The notes: generated from the sequence alone by a model not told the origin. Positions 1 to 13,480 are shown, counted from the stretch's first letter. The stretch: DNA of 64,000 nucleotides from Nitrospirales bacterium (GCA_965203295.1 CBDBCZ010000012.1:512001-576000), one strand, 5' to 3'. Translations and numbers: made by a program.

Positions 1-71
1 GACGGGATAAGGATGGCAACACTCTCAGTGACCTCTGGGTCCTAGATGTTGAGACAGGGACCTGGAAGGAG
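1..71 (+). pseudogene. 3' part of a Kelch-repeat exon from an upstream paralogue of the 3790-10722 gene
   Basis: Translates to GRDKDGNTLSDLWVLDVETGTWKE followed by a gtgagt donor. This is nearly identical to exon 3 of the downstream gene (GVDEHGNTLSDLWVLDVEEGTWKE|gtgagt). The following intron (72-~460) also resembles 5669-~6150. Confidence 0.8.
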
Positions 72-670
72 GTGAGTGTTCTTACGACAGCAATAGCAAT
101 GTAATTCAGGTGAACCTGAGTGAGCGCCACATCAGGGTATGGCACATTGGTGTGGTGATAGTCGGCTCACATGAGACGTTGTGACATGTTTGGCCTCTGT
201 GGGTCCTAAGATCAAAGTGAACTTTGAACTTCTTATTTAATCATGGCTGATATGTATCAAGGCAGGACAGCAGTGGAATCACGGAAGAGGAAAACAATTA
301 GGACACTAGTGGAAATCTCCCAGAGGCTCCCACACTGATATCATATATTGGTAGCTTGAAAGTTTGGTGGGGAATAAAATATGCAGATTGTTCTCTGTAT
401 ACTAGGTGGTTGTTGACTTAGAGCTAGTGAACTATGTCAATGATATTAGAAAAATAATTTCAGAATGGGCCTACGAATTTGTTGGAGGAAATAAAGTGTG
501 GTTTTCCCCAGAAAACTGGGGTGTGGCGAATAATTAGAGGGGCGAATAATTAGAAATTGTACATGCAGTATCTGAATTTGCAAATATTCTAGCCTATTAG
601 AAGTTTCCTCCCACAGCTTGTGCTTTGCATGCCACCATCATATTATGCAGGTGTTTTAAAATCATGATAG

Positions 671-820
671 GTGACTAAAGATGCTGCTGACACATTCAAT
701 TCTGGAAAGAGACGAATCCCTCACTGTGATTTGATGCTTCATTGGACTAAGGATGAGAGGCCAACTGTTGCACTGCAGCATAGAATTGACATTCACGGTG
801 CATCTAAGGGCTGGTCATGA
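671..820 (+). pseudogene. Orphan exon homologous to exon 8 (UPA-like region) of the Kelch-ZU5-Death gene
   Basis: After an AG acceptor it reads VTKDAADTFNSGKRRIPHCDLMLHWTKDERPTVALQHRIDIHGASKGWS*. This aligns by eye with IKKWRVDHFSSGQHLPECELSLRLLPDKPLTSFEHDIELQGT (9654-9819). No counterparts of exons 4-7 are visible between it and the exon at 1-71. Confidence 0.55.
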
Positions 821-1690
821 TGCACTAAATTAATTTATAACAAACACACAGAAGTACCCAGGACAGTTTCCAGTAGACTCCCTTTACTGGCTGGTACATT
901 GCAGAAAGGTTGGCCTATAAGCAATAAAATTATACAGAATATCAATTTTGTGTGGGCAATATAAAAACTTTTTGTGCGGTCGAATTCTGTACTCATAAGC
1001 CAGTATTGGAAATGAAGACAAGGAATTTGGCTGAGTGTACGCAGTCAAGTGCATAATATGGATGTGGGCCTTGCATGTCCAGTGATCACTGCGTTAAGTT
1101 TTTGATCCACTGAAGCAATCAAAAGCAAGGTACATCATGGCTGGACAGACTATACTGTACTGTAATGACTTACAGCAGCCCTCTCTGGTACATGCTTTGA
1201 AGTTTGCCAGCTTTGCAGATTAATTTGGAGCCCTAGCTGTACTAACAATGATTATAAGCTGAAGCTTCGCAGTGCTCATAAGCTCCTGGTTACTTCAATG
1301 TACTTGTAAGGATGTATGCTTGGGAAATAGTTGTATGTGCGATAGCAGCCCAAAGACCTGGGAATATGTCCATCGAAGAGCTTCACCTTATCATTCTATC
1401 AAAAACGGGAATTTTCATGTTGTTTTCTTTGGGGGGTCAAATAAATGATTACAGCCAAAAATCATTAGCAAATTGCTAATTATTGTGTTTCCGCATTGTT
1501 GGTCAAGAATGTGAAAGAAGTTAACTTGTAATAACATCCATGCATGTGGTTTGTAGCTACGTAATGCATTGGGCTGTGATGTGTAGGTATATAGTCTGTA
1601 AACCCACTGCGGTGCAAGTTATAGCTTGTTCCCTTTGTTTTTGTGGAAGTGCATCCCTACATGAAAGTTTTTGCACTTATTGGTAAAGTG

Positions 1691-2017
1691 CTTTTTTAAT
1701 AAATTATGTTTTATTCACTGCTGCAAAGCAGTGAATAAAACATAATTCAGTATCAATTCGAGACTGCCAACTCCATTAAAGTAGTAAGCTCAAGCTACGG
1801 TTTTACCAGCTCACCTTTCCAGTCATGGGAGCAAAGAGAGGGTTCTGCATCTTCATGGCTTTTTTTAATAAATTATGTTTTATTCACTGCTGCAAAGCTA
1901 TGGTTCAGTATCAATTCGAGACTGCCAACTCCATTAAAGTAGTAAGCTCAAGCTACAGTTTTACCAGCTCACCTTTCCAGTCATGGGAGCAAAGAGAGGG
2001 TTCTGCATCTTCATGGC
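1691..2017 (+). repeat. Local tandem duplication of about 165 bp (2 copies)
   Basis: ttttttaataaattatgttttattcactgctgcaaagc...ttctgcatcttcatgg occurs at ~1691-1858 and ~1859-2017. The first copy contains a short inverted patch (gcagtgaataaaacataatt). Confidence 0.9.
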
Positions 2018-2744
2018 CTCGAGGGTGACTACTGAGTCTCCTGGCTCATGCACAGGTAATAGCTAGATGTTAGCAGCACCAGAAAACCACTTTTCTCTCC
2101 ACTTAGATACTATTGCAAACACGACACTGGAAGTCCTGCTGGGCTTTTGAGAGCCCAACACTTCTCCTTACTAAGTCACTCTCTAGTTATGGATTAACAG
2201 TCTAGAATTTAAGTGTTACGTGTACACCAGACTTTTTGCCAGTTGGATGAACGGCACCGCGAAAATTTAAACTCGTGAAAATAACTTCGCGGAAGCCTAA
2301 TTCCTAATTCTTGCGGTGCCGTTCATTCCAGCTAGCCCGGTGTGTCGCTGCTCAGCTGTAGCATTAGGCAAGCGGCTGGCCCTCCCTTCTCCTCCAGCTG
2401 TTGATCTCAGCCTCAGTTCAGGTGAATTGGCTCAGTGTGGATAGTTGGTTGAGTGGAGAAAAAAAAAATCAGTAGCAGTCTCATCAGCTAACTAACCATA
2501 GACTGGAATTATTCTCACAATTTTACCTAATATGCTGGCATAATTCCCCTATGTACATGTCAGGCCACACCTAAAATTATGCTAGTATAATGTGGACAAG
2601 CCTGGGAACGAGGCTAGTCCGATTGGATATCCTCTTGTGAAATAACTTCTATGCAGCTTAAAATTCTGAGGAGCATGGCTTGTATCATGACAAAAGAATT
2701 TGACTGCACTACTCAAGAAATGGACTTTCCATAGCTATGTATAT

Positions 2745-3570
2745 CACTGCAAAAAAAACGTTAGGGTTGTTTTGACCAAGCTTGCATGGTTACCTCAGTT
2801 GCAATCCAAAGTTAAGGTCACCACATATTTCAGAAAGCTAGCCTGCTGTTACAGTAGTAACATGAATAGTTTCCCATATATATATATAACAAAGACCTCT
2901 TACTATAGAGCGGTTGCAACTACGTCACGGTTATGACGTCACGTGAACTTCCGTGTGGCAAAAGAATAACAGTGGTTCAATGGCAGCTGAACGGAAGTTG
3001 CTGCTGTAAGCGCGGTGTAGGTGGCTGATTTGTTGAGTTTATCCAGCATAGTAACTTCGCCATAGTACTAATTGACATACTAAAAGCGTAAGTTGCTATT
3101 TGCTTGCGTTTCAAAGATCACTGTAGAACCTACCACTCTTGCCACACGGAAGTGCTTAGTGCACGGAAAATAACGTTTAGTGCACGGAAAGGGTTGCAGT
3201 GTTTTACGGTCGTGACGTCACCTGCAACCGCTCTATTCCTGCAACTGTAAATGTAAGTGGTGAGTGAACCACTTGCTTGTAGCCTTGTATCCTTCACTTA
3301 TCACACAATGGTATAAGTGAAGGATACAAGTGGTCTTTGCTACATAGAAAACTACATATTAGGAATTATGTTTCCCATAGCTGGCTTCCAAACTGAAACT
3401 ATGTAGCCTAACTTATAGGATTCCTGTGACTGGCTTCCTACTGGGTTATGTATAATAGCCATACAGGCCAACTTTCTGGCTGTGCCTTTATATGGTAAAG
3501 GTGGAATATGAGGTGGATGATCATCCCTCGAATGCAACTGAGGTAACCATTAAAACAACTCTAAGCAGTG
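2745..3570. mobile_element. Non-autonomous CACTG-ended (EnSpm/CACTA-like) element
   Basis: Ends are cactgc...gcagtg with 'at' on both flanks. Subterminal inverted repeats are atggttacctcagttgca / tgcaactgaggtaaccat. Confidence 0.6.
2905..3236. mobile_element. MITE nested in the CACTG element
   Basis: Terminal inverted repeat atagagcggttgca / tgcaaccgctctat, plus an internal inverted pair acttccgtgtggcaa / ttgccacacggaagt. Confidence 0.75.
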
Positions 3571-3789
3571 ATATATCTGCCAGTGCCTAGGTCAGCAAAA
3601 TGACCGTACACTGGTTGGTACTCTTGTTTCTCATTTAAGAGCTGTCACTTAGCTACGTATTAGAAAGAGAAGTGATTGTTACTATGGTATCCACTATACA
3701 TGCTGCTTACATGTACTAAGTATAGAAAGTAAACTGGGATCAGCAATCTCACTACTTTCACTAGTTGCTGTGTACATTGCAATGGTGCA

Positions 3790-6700
3790 ATGGCTTCCAT
3801 CCTTGGAGACACCAAGTACTACCAACCAGCTCCCAGGTTTGGGCACTGTGCTGCTCCCATTGGTGATAGGCTCTACATGTGGGGTGGCCTAACTGAGGAC
3901 TTTAGTGAGAGCAGCAGGAGAAAACTACCATCTGTTGTTGAGATATACGACCCCTACCTTGAGGCATGGCAGCAGGAAGCTACCACTGGAGTACCACCAC
4001 CTGCGTTTTATGGTGGAGGGTGTACCTCAGTCCATGAGTCACTGCTATGGTATGGAGGATTGGATGATAAGTCTTGTTTTGGGACTCTTCATCAGCTAAA
4101 CACAGTTACACTCAAGTGGGAGGAGCTTCATCAAAGTACACCTCAGGGTCCCATGGATAAAGTAGGCTGTGGATTAGTCTCATTTCAGGGGGAGAAAGTT
4201 GGACTATTTGGTGGATATGGCATCCCCACTGGCCTCACCCAGCCTGGATCAACATTCACCAAGGATACTATATACTCACATGGTGGTGGGTGGACTAACG
4301 AGTTCCACCTCTTTGACCTCCGGGAAGGTATGCAGTGTGGCATTACAGTAAGCATGCATGCAGCCATTTCTGTATGCATGCAAGTATGCAGTTCACAGTA
4401 TACAGATACAGTACAGTAATTGCATTTAGAATCTTACAGCCCCAGTATCACTGACTCCCAATGTTCATGGTGGCTACCAACTTTTCGATACTATAAAATG
4501 AATATGCAAACATGAGGTGCATAATATGTAAATAAGTGCATAGCCTCCTTTTTCCCACAATAAGTGTGAACAGCTGAGAATGAATATAATACATGCCATT
4601 GACTAATAGTTTGAGCCTTCAACTATCACCATACAGATAGGGTTAACGTTAAAAATTCAAATGTGTGAAGCAAATTGATTATAGGAGGGTTAGATGTGCC
4701 ATCCCAAACAAGTTTTCTGAGACAAAATGTAATCTACATCATTTCTAGGAGAGATTTTGTTTCCTTTTTTGGAGAAAAAGTCTGATCTACCATATAGAAA
4801 TTTTTAAACTGCTGCAATTTTATATTATTACTTATACTATGTACACAAAGTACGTCCCTAATACCACACCCCCAGCCAATACTTTGAGCATGTACATTGT
4901 AATGAAGACAGATTGTTTGAGCATTGTGTATTGTCACCTACTGCAGGTGTGTGGTCCTCCCCTCCCACTACTGGGAGTCGGCCTCCTCCGTGTTCTTACT
5001 TCACATTCACAGCCATAGACTCCCACAGAGGTATTCTATTTGGAGGACGTACAGAACATGGCCGGACAAATGATGTCTACATCATCAATGCACAGACAAT
5101 GGTATGCTTATGTGCAATGCATGTTTATTGTACATTGCACAGTTATTATTGTGGCTGGCACAATACATGTACGTATGTCTGGTGTGTATGAAGTGTTCAA
5201 GAATTAGGGCAGTGTACATGCATGCTTATATTGTTGGCTAGATAGATATAATGTACATGCAGCAAATATAGTAACGTACTGATAGAGTAAGATTGTACTC
5301 CATGACTCTACCAATATGAGTGTCCATAAAGGATTAATTAATGATGAGTCAGTAGAGAAGCTATAGGAAGTTAATTATTTTTTATGGTTGTAATAATGTA
5401 GTGCCCACAAAAGTTTAGTGCATGTCACCTTGTACCATTTTGTAAGACTCTGACCATTGCTTGATTGCTCTCCTCCTCTCAGCACTGGACCAAACTGGAT
5501 AAGTCTGGAGGAGGGCCCTGGCCGGCAGTAAGATCATTGCATGCTGCCTGTTGCCTCAACTACGGGGAGGAGCACCCCCAGCAGCTGGTCAGTGGGGGAG
5601 TGGATGAACATGGCAACACTCTCAGTGACCTCTGGGTCCTAGATGTGGAGGAAGGGACCTGGAAGGAGGTGAGTGTTGTTATAACATCAATATCATTGTA
5701 ATTGAAGTGAACATCAGTGCATGGCACATTGGTGCAGTGATAGTGGGCATAGCCTCGTTTCCAGTCCTTCCCATCCCAGCGAAATAAAAGCTGGGGTGGG
5801 AAGGACTGGGAATGAGGCTATGTGGACACACACCAGAACTTGTGACTTGTTTGGCCTCTGTGGGTTGTAGGATCACAGTAAACTTTGATCAACTTTCTAT
5901 TTACACCTGAGTGTTGTATAATCTGGGCTGACAGAGAGCAAGGTTTTGAGCCAGAACAGCAGTGGAATCACAAAGAGGAACACAGTCAAGGCTCTAGTGG
6001 AAATCTCACATAAGTTTCCACAGTGATTATCATATTATCCAGAACATTTGTTGGGGAATAAGATATGGCATATTGTTCACTATATAAGTGTTTGTTGACT
6101 TAGAGCTAGCGCTAGTGAGCGATTTTAATGATGTTATACACAATATTTCCTAGTCCATCCATTGTAAAGTGGGATCCAGCAATAATTATTTGACATAACA
6201 AACTCGTAGTTTCAGCTGGTCTCAGAAATATATTACAAAAATCACTACTGGCAGGCTGATACAGAGCTGCTGACAGACAAACGTAATTTGTAAAGGGTTT
6301 TGCATAAAGCAAAAATATTATGAGCCTGAATGTTATTTTTCTAGCAAAATTCAAGTGTTTTAATTTTTTTATACAGCTGATACTTCCAGAAGGAGCGCAA
6401 CCTCGAAGGGGACACTCTGCTACTGCTTTCAAGCTGAGTCCTGGCATTGTGGAGGTCACAATGTTTGGGGGATGCCCTAAGTTTGTACCTGGAGGAGATC
6501 CTCAGCAGCAGCCCAAAATATCAGATACTACTGTTGTGAGATTAGGTGAGCAAATTACTGAAGTATCACTTAATAGGATTTCACAATTCAAGACCCAATT
6601 GGGTCACTGTGCGTGTGTGACTGTGACAACATCATTCATATCGAACTTTCATAGCTTATGAATAATTATTAACAAAGTGGGAACAAACCCAGAACTAGCT

Positions 6701-9700
6701 GGTTATGATTTAAACCAATTTCTCAATAGCAGTGATGTTTACCTGCTTGAGCCTTTCAAGTGTATGAAGCTTTTCAGCAGTAATAGGGCTTCTTACAAAC
6801 ACAAACACACACAAAGTCATGCACACACATAGCCTCAATCTCAGGCCACATGTAAATGTTTCAGTGCCTGGGAAAGAGGCTAGCACTCACACTACGACAA
6901 ACGCACTCAGAACTTCAAAAATAGTGGAGTTAAATCTGTGTACTAAGTTTTCAGCTGTTCACTTTAAAACTTCTTGATTAATATTGTCTCTCTATATATC
7001 ACAGAAGCGTGGCCAGGGGGTTTAAGGTCATTTAGTCCCATCCTTATGATTTCAGTTCTAACTCTGCAGTCAGTGCCATTTCTAATGGGAGAAAGGCTTA
7101 AAGATGGATTCATGGTTGAACACAGTTATTACCACCAAAACACCTATACCATCTACCTAAAACTAAGAATGAGCTTTGGTAATGCTGTTTCGAACAGAGG
7201 GTCAGATTGGAGCACTCTGTGATTGTCTTTATGGACACAATCACATTTCATGCCATAGCATTTTGTTTCCTGTTGGCAGTAGCTGTTGTTAACTTATGGT
7301 CTAGCCAGAAATACACGTATACGTATGTTTAAGAGCATATAAAAGAAATTTCATTTATGCATTTTTTGGCACATTAGAAAATGTGTTGTAGACGTTTAGA
7401 GCCATTGCTGTATTTCAACATTCTATTGAGAGCATTTAATTCTCAACCCCTAGTCCTGCTTTAATGAGCTATGGGTTTTGAATCAAAGGACTCTTGCTTT
7501 TCATTGGCTGACTTGCTATAATGCTTGAAATCAAACTTTTCATTGTCTTGGCAAGTTGCAGATTGATGTAAAGATTAGTTACTTTTATCAGATTGTGCCC
7601 TGTAAACTACAGCATTTATAGGCTACCAAGAGTAATTTTTGGGTTTTTCGATAATAAATTGATTGGTCTATATACATGTATTTCTGGCACACATTAATAT
7701 TTTCAGAGAGCTTAGCTTCTGGAGGTGCAGAGTGGGCAGTGGAAGGTGTGGCTAAAGATGAGCAGCTGGGATCACCTGAGAGAATCAGAGAAAAAATTCA
7801 AGTGAAAACCGCAATGGTAGTGTCTTCTGAGTTGGCCGGTGAGAGAGAGAATGTAAGGAAGGCTGAGAGCAAAATCACTGAGCTGGAAAAAATGGTGGAG
7901 TCTGCAGAAACACGGGTGAGAATTGCTCTAGCTAGAGCTGTGAGTGCTGAGATACAATGTGATAGGATACCACATCTAGTGCAGAAGCTACAGTTCACTC
8001 AAGAGCTCCTACACAGCAAGGAGGAAGAGCTCAAAACCCTTAGCACACAGTTCCGGGCCACACATGAAGTAGTACACACTCAGGAACAATTCTCCGCTCA
8101 GCAGCGAGATCTCAGTCATTTGCAGTACACTGCACAGCAAAGAGAAGAGCAATTACAAGCAAAAGTACAGTCAACTCAACAACTACTACAAAACAAAAAG
8201 GAAGAGCTCATAGCCCTTACCATACAGTGTAGGACCACACATGATACATTATTACACACTCAGAAACAATTGCAAGCAAGAGTACAAGAAAATGCAGCTC
8301 TACACACACACAATCAGACGCTAGAAAGCCAGGTAGAAACTCTCCAAAATGAAATAGCACAGCTGGAGAGAACAATGCAAGCCACACAGGTAGCTTTGGG
8401 GCACATACCTTTGTCTAAAGAACACTCGCTAGCAGAAGTGGCCCAGATCTCAGTTCAGCCAAAGACAGTATCCGTATGTCAGGCGGGTGTGCAGACTGGG
8501 GCAGTTGGTACACTTCATTCAGCAGAACTGCAAATGCAACATGCGGAACTCCAACAGAGGGTTACAGACCTAGAAGAAGAACTCGCTAAGGAAGCATTTT
8601 TAGAAACTGCACTTGGCTACGAAGTTGATGCATTTCGTGAAGATGTGATGGGCAGACAGCAAATTCAATTCCATGACATCTCTACACAAACGGTGGTAGA
8701 TGGTAACTGTATACCTGGAACTAGCCCTACAGGTAAACAGGAACCTTGTATTATTATGTTGTATATGTATTAGATTATACCACTTCTCCCCCTACATATA
8801 GGTTTCCTGAGAGGGGCTGAAGTGGTTGCAGAGAGAGACTTTGTCATCACTAACCAAGCCCGGAGCTACTGCTGGGATGAGTATGGGTTCAGACTGCATG
8901 TCCCAAAGGAGAGCCTTGATGTAGGACTGAGTGAAACTGCCATTAACGTGCGAGTTAGCCTCTCTGGCTACTTTCAGCTCCCAGCTGACTCAGAGTTAGT
9001 CAGTGCAGTGTACTGGGTGTTCAGCCCACACATGTTCTCCCAGCCGCTCACTGTAGAAGTCCAACACTGTGCATCTCCTAGCCAGTGCTCCAACCTTAGC
9101 TTCGTACGCACCAGGTGTACCCAGAAAAGGCTGCCATATCAGTTCAATGAACTTGAAGGAGGGGTCTTCAGTCGAAGCTTCTATGGAAGTATATCAGTCA
9201 ACCACTTTTCTGGGCTTGGAATTGCCAAGAGAAAACGTCCAAGATCAGAATCAAGTGAAAGTGATAGTGGTACTGATGAGGAGCAGTATTGTGCTTCCCT
9301 TTACAAACAGAAAAAAGGGAAAGGCCAGTACCGTCTCCACTTTGTTGTTACAAAAGACCTAAAAGCCCATCGAACGGTAAGAACTTTTTACCCTAAAGTA
9401 GCTATGTATCTAATGTGAAATGGTATATTAAATAGGTAGTAAAGGAGGAGCTAAGCAACTTGGACACAGTGAAAGATCTATCACTTCACTTCATGGATTA
9501 TAAGGACCAAATTTCTATCATGGTCCCAAGAGATGGAACCATACTGGAGAGTGGATGGAAACTCAAGCCCCTCTACGATCCTGTGGTATGTTCATCATAA
9601 TAAGTGTTCCCTGTACATTTGCTGCTTATATCTGCATTTTTATCACATGACAGATCAAGAAGTGGCGTGTTGATCACTTCAGCTCTGGACAACACCTACC

Positions 9701-10722
9701 AGAGTGTGAATTGAGTCTGCGATTGCTTCCTGATAAACCTTTAACTAGCTTCGAACACGACATTGAACTGCAAGGCACTGCAGATCACCACTACTTCACT
9801 CTTTGTATAGAAGACACAGGTAGCTATGTCTTTTAATGGTTCAATTTTGTAGTATAATGATTACATACCCACCCATGCATACAGATATATTCAGTGGAAG
9901 TGAAAGTGCAAAGCAAAGTGGAGGAAACACACTGCAAACATTCGGTGACTTTTTATAACACTAGCTAACTCCTGGACCATTGACTTATGACACATACAGT
10001 ACATTAATGCATTACTATAAAAACTGACATAGGTTCACATGTAACCATAAGCACTTTGGCAACTTGCATGCTAACTTGTGTCATCACCACGCTATGATCA
10101 CCCTAGAATGTAGCATGTTCTCAGTGATTTCCCTGAAGCCTCACAGTATTACCATTATATTGTAGCACGTAATACTGTGCAATTAATGCAATACCAAAAT
10201 ACATTTTTTGCATGAGATAATTACGAGCTCTGACCATCACCTTTAGTTGAGCTAGACTTGGCACACCTATAGCCCCAAAGACAGGCTATACAGCCTACTG
10301 TTGTAGTATGACCTCCCAAAATATTGACAATTCAATAATGTGACAGTATTTTAATGTACTCATAGATACTATGCATCATTTAATTTTCTTGTACAACAGA
10401 TTCATCTACAGAGCTCTTCGTAAACAAATACCAAGATGGAGTGCAGAGTGCGCCAGAACTGTCGGACTTGATGAACATTGGTGCGAAGATTCCTCACAAG
10501 TGGCAAGAGGTTGGCATTCAACTGGGAGTGGAATACGACCAGCTGAAATTCCTGTCGGTGTCTAGCCCCCCTGGCTCTCAGCAGTTTGCCTCAGTCTTCA
10601 CAGCCTGGAAGAACTGTATGAAGAAGAGCTATACTTGGGTGGTCTTGATTCAAGCCCTTAAGACTCCTGCTGTTAATGAACCTCGGCTTGCTCAAGAGTT
10701 ATCTTCCAAGTTCACCATGTAA
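3790..10722 (+). CDS. Kelch-repeat, coiled-coil, ZU5/UPA-like (FIIND-like) and Death-domain protein. 10 exons: 3790-4327, 4947-5101, 5483-5668, 6377-6545, 7707-8732, 8802-9376, 9436-9585, 9654-9819, 9885-9944, 10400-10722
   Basis: All introns are GT-AG and the phases join in frame. Kelch motifs: PAPRFGHCAA..LYMWGG, LLWYGG, GLFGG, ILFGG, RRGHSATA..MFGG. Exon 5 is a Q/E-rich heptad region. ZU5-like sequence: GFRLHVPKESL...LPADSELVSAVYWV...PLTVEVQHCA...NHFSGLGI. Death-like sequence: IPHKWQEVGIQLGV...VFTAWK...TWVVLIQALKTPAVNEPRLAQEL. Confidence 0.85.
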
Positions 10723-11781
10723 CGACAGGCTAAGCATTAATTTTTTTGATTAAATTTTATGTATACGTCAACCCTTCCATAGTGAATTCTAAGACTAGTT
10801 CCATTGATCCTGGTATTTGGAAAAAATTAATGTGTGTGCACTTTATGTTGTACTTCCATTCATATGTATTATACAGTAATTCTCTGTTATTATAATACAA
10901 TTTCATTGCCGCCTTTGAAACAAATTCAGTAGAGCTAATGATGCCCTATGACAGTCAAACACCGATGCTCAGCAGTCACGCCTGCTCCTGGTAGAACTCC
11001 AGGGTCACCTCATCCTCTCCAATGCTGTCATTCTCCTTCACATGCACCTCCTTTACCTGAGGCAGGACAAAGAACAAGAAACCCTTGCTATGTACAGTGT
11101 CAAGGAAAGGTAGGGTGTACTGAAGATTGCTGACCGGTTTAGTATTGATCAGAGCTAGAGTGGCCCATTCAACAAATTATGTGTTGTTTGCCACTGATAA
11201 AAGTTCAGCACCTTGACTAAAGTAGTACGACAACTGCTTGAGGTGTGTACGGCAACTGCTTTGAGGTTTTGATTATGGGTTTCGCGTAGGCCTATATGCG
11301 AGGCTACGCTTACCGCGCTGCGGCGGCAACTGATTGGTCCACTGCTCAACTCATTAAAATTTATTAAGGCCTCAGGATAAATGGAAGCGAGTCAAGAAGG
11401 CGCCCTTTTGGCTCCTCCAACGGAGTTCAAGCGTATGCTCTCCTGGCAGCTCTCCCAGGTGCAGATCGGCCCCGTCTTCAGCAGAAGTAAGAAGAGCGCA
11501 AAGAAGAGAAAACGGTCGGCAGCGCAGTCTAGTCAGAGAGGAACTGGACAGTGATGGCGACATCCGTGCCTCGATGACGTCACTTCCGGCTTCTATGCAT
11601 ATACATAGTTGTGAACAGTGACGGTGAGGAGGAGGTGTATTACTCCTGCCCCCCCCCCCCCCCTCCCCCAGTCACCGCTGAGCTCTGAGGACAACGAGGT
11701 CGTGGATTACGTCGTTGTGATGGTCGATGCTGAACTGCCACCGCAAGTGAAGAAGCCAGGTTTGTTCAGATGATATGAGGT

Positions 11782-11980
11782 ATAAACAATGAAAGGCTCT
11801 CTGTATACCAACTTTATTTCAGAAAGAAAGTTTGCCGATGTTTCAACTAGATGCTCTAGTCTTCTTCGGGGCGAAAGTGAAGAAGACTACAGCATCTAGT
11901 GGAAACGTCGTCAAAATTTCTTTCCGAAATAAACAGAGAGCCTTTCATTGTTTATGCAAGAGCCAACTCAGAAGCCCATT
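11782..11980. mobile_element. Inverted-repeat remnant with hammerhead-like cores (Penelope-like element terminus)
   Basis: Arms are ataaacaatgaaaggctctctgt and acagagagcctttcattgtttat. Each arm carries a degenerate (c/g)(t/c)gaaga-agactag-agcat-ctagt-gaaac, matching the minimal hammerhead core CUGANGA...GAAAC known from Penelope pLTRs. Confidence 0.6.
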
Positions 11981-12027
11981 CTTCATTTGATATAGGGTAT
12001 TACTTTAGCACTTTGTTGGAAATATAC

Positions 12028-13480
12028 TTTCCCCACCTGCCTCAATTTCGTTGATCCCCCAATGCGTTCTTATTGTAATTGATGTAAAATTGCAAACTGC
12101 AGATCAAAGCTAAATTCAAACTGTTATCCCCACAAAGAGCAAGTGAGCTTCTTCCGAGTGCTTGCATCACTGACCAGTAACATTACACTGTACAAGTACT
12201 TGCGCTCGCTTCGCTCGCGCAAGTACTTGTGCGTGTTCAACTCACTCACTTTGTACAGAAATGAAAAGTGTGACCTCTATGTGATTTGCATACAGTATAC
12301 GTAGCATCTGCCAATGAAGCAGTGCTTTTGACTAAGCCACATGTCAGTGTCGAAAATTGACTCGTTACAGTGGGGGGTAAGTGTATAGTACGTGTGCACA
12401 CTACATTTCGGCCAAAGCATGTATTATGTAATGTCCATGTAGTATATAGCTATCATATGGAACATGTGGAATGTGGAGCATCTGCCAGTGGCAGTAGCCT
12501 GATCGAGACTTTGACAGTAGTTTTCTGCCTGAGCCATGTGGAGGCAGTAACTCAAAGGAGAGACTGCAAACAATTACAAAACCATACCACATCAGCACAT
12601 GTAGGCGAATGGAACTGACTCCATTTAATGCACATCGTCGTAGTTTGTCTAGCGTAGCAGTTACAGCTGTGCACGGTTTGCACTTACAGGACTATACAAC
12701 CACTAACCTTCGCGCTCGAAGTGCTCATTTGAGGCCATCAAATTCAATTCTACCAATATTAATTTACAGCCAGTTAGAAACTATTTCACGGAATATAATT
12801 TTTGGCAAAGTTTCCAGCTATATGATGACTAATTATTGCATCCCTGTAACTTCAGGTAGAGCTAACCAGTAAATGAGGATCAAACTTGACTGATCGATCA
12901 TTTGGGTAACGACGTAATATCCAGTGTTTGCTTGGCACTATCATGCCTCAGGGGGGTAGGACAAGGTAATGTGTGCATGTCAGCAGTGGTACACTAGACG
13001 CGACACCAATTCTCTTGGAGAGCTTTTTGTGATAGTGGTGCAAAGCTGAAGAACACTCTTTAGGAGTAGCCTGAATTGATTTTGATGGCATGGGTAATGG
13101 GTATGTGTTATGAACCTGGCATGTTGCACTCACTGTTGTTATGTGCTGGAATGTGACCTCCAGACTGCTGTTCTCAAAGACTGGCTGCTGTGCAGCACTG
13201 AGTAAATAGTAACTAATTAGAGGAAGTGTCCTATGAATACGTTAGTAGTTGCTAAACCCACAAGTGTTTTGCCTGTGGGTGGGTTTAAATGGAGCAGCAG
13301 TCACTAGTAGTGGCTACAGTGGGGTATGACCGTCCTTAATATGACAATTTTTGGAGAGCCCAAGGGCTCAATTTATGTGAAATTAGGGCTGATGGGTATG
13401 GGGCTAACAAGTGATTGATTAGTGCTATCAAAGAGCAAGTGAGCTTCTTCCAAGTGCATGCATCACTGACCACTTACACT
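12028..13480 (+). repeat. Partial, rearranged extra copy of the tandem repeat unit
   Basis: ~12028-12180 matches ~15980-16128; ~12740-13428 matches ~17878-18553; ~13431-13465 again matches ~16083-16117. Confidence 0.85.
13213..13369 (+). ncRNA. Sm-site snRNA-like cassette (type A)
   Basis: Conserved block ctaattagaggaagtgtcct..gctaaacccacaagtgttttgcctgtgg..gggttta, variable middle, Sm consensus aatttttgg (13346-13354), terminal hairpin gagccc-aa-gggctc. Confidence 0.55.
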
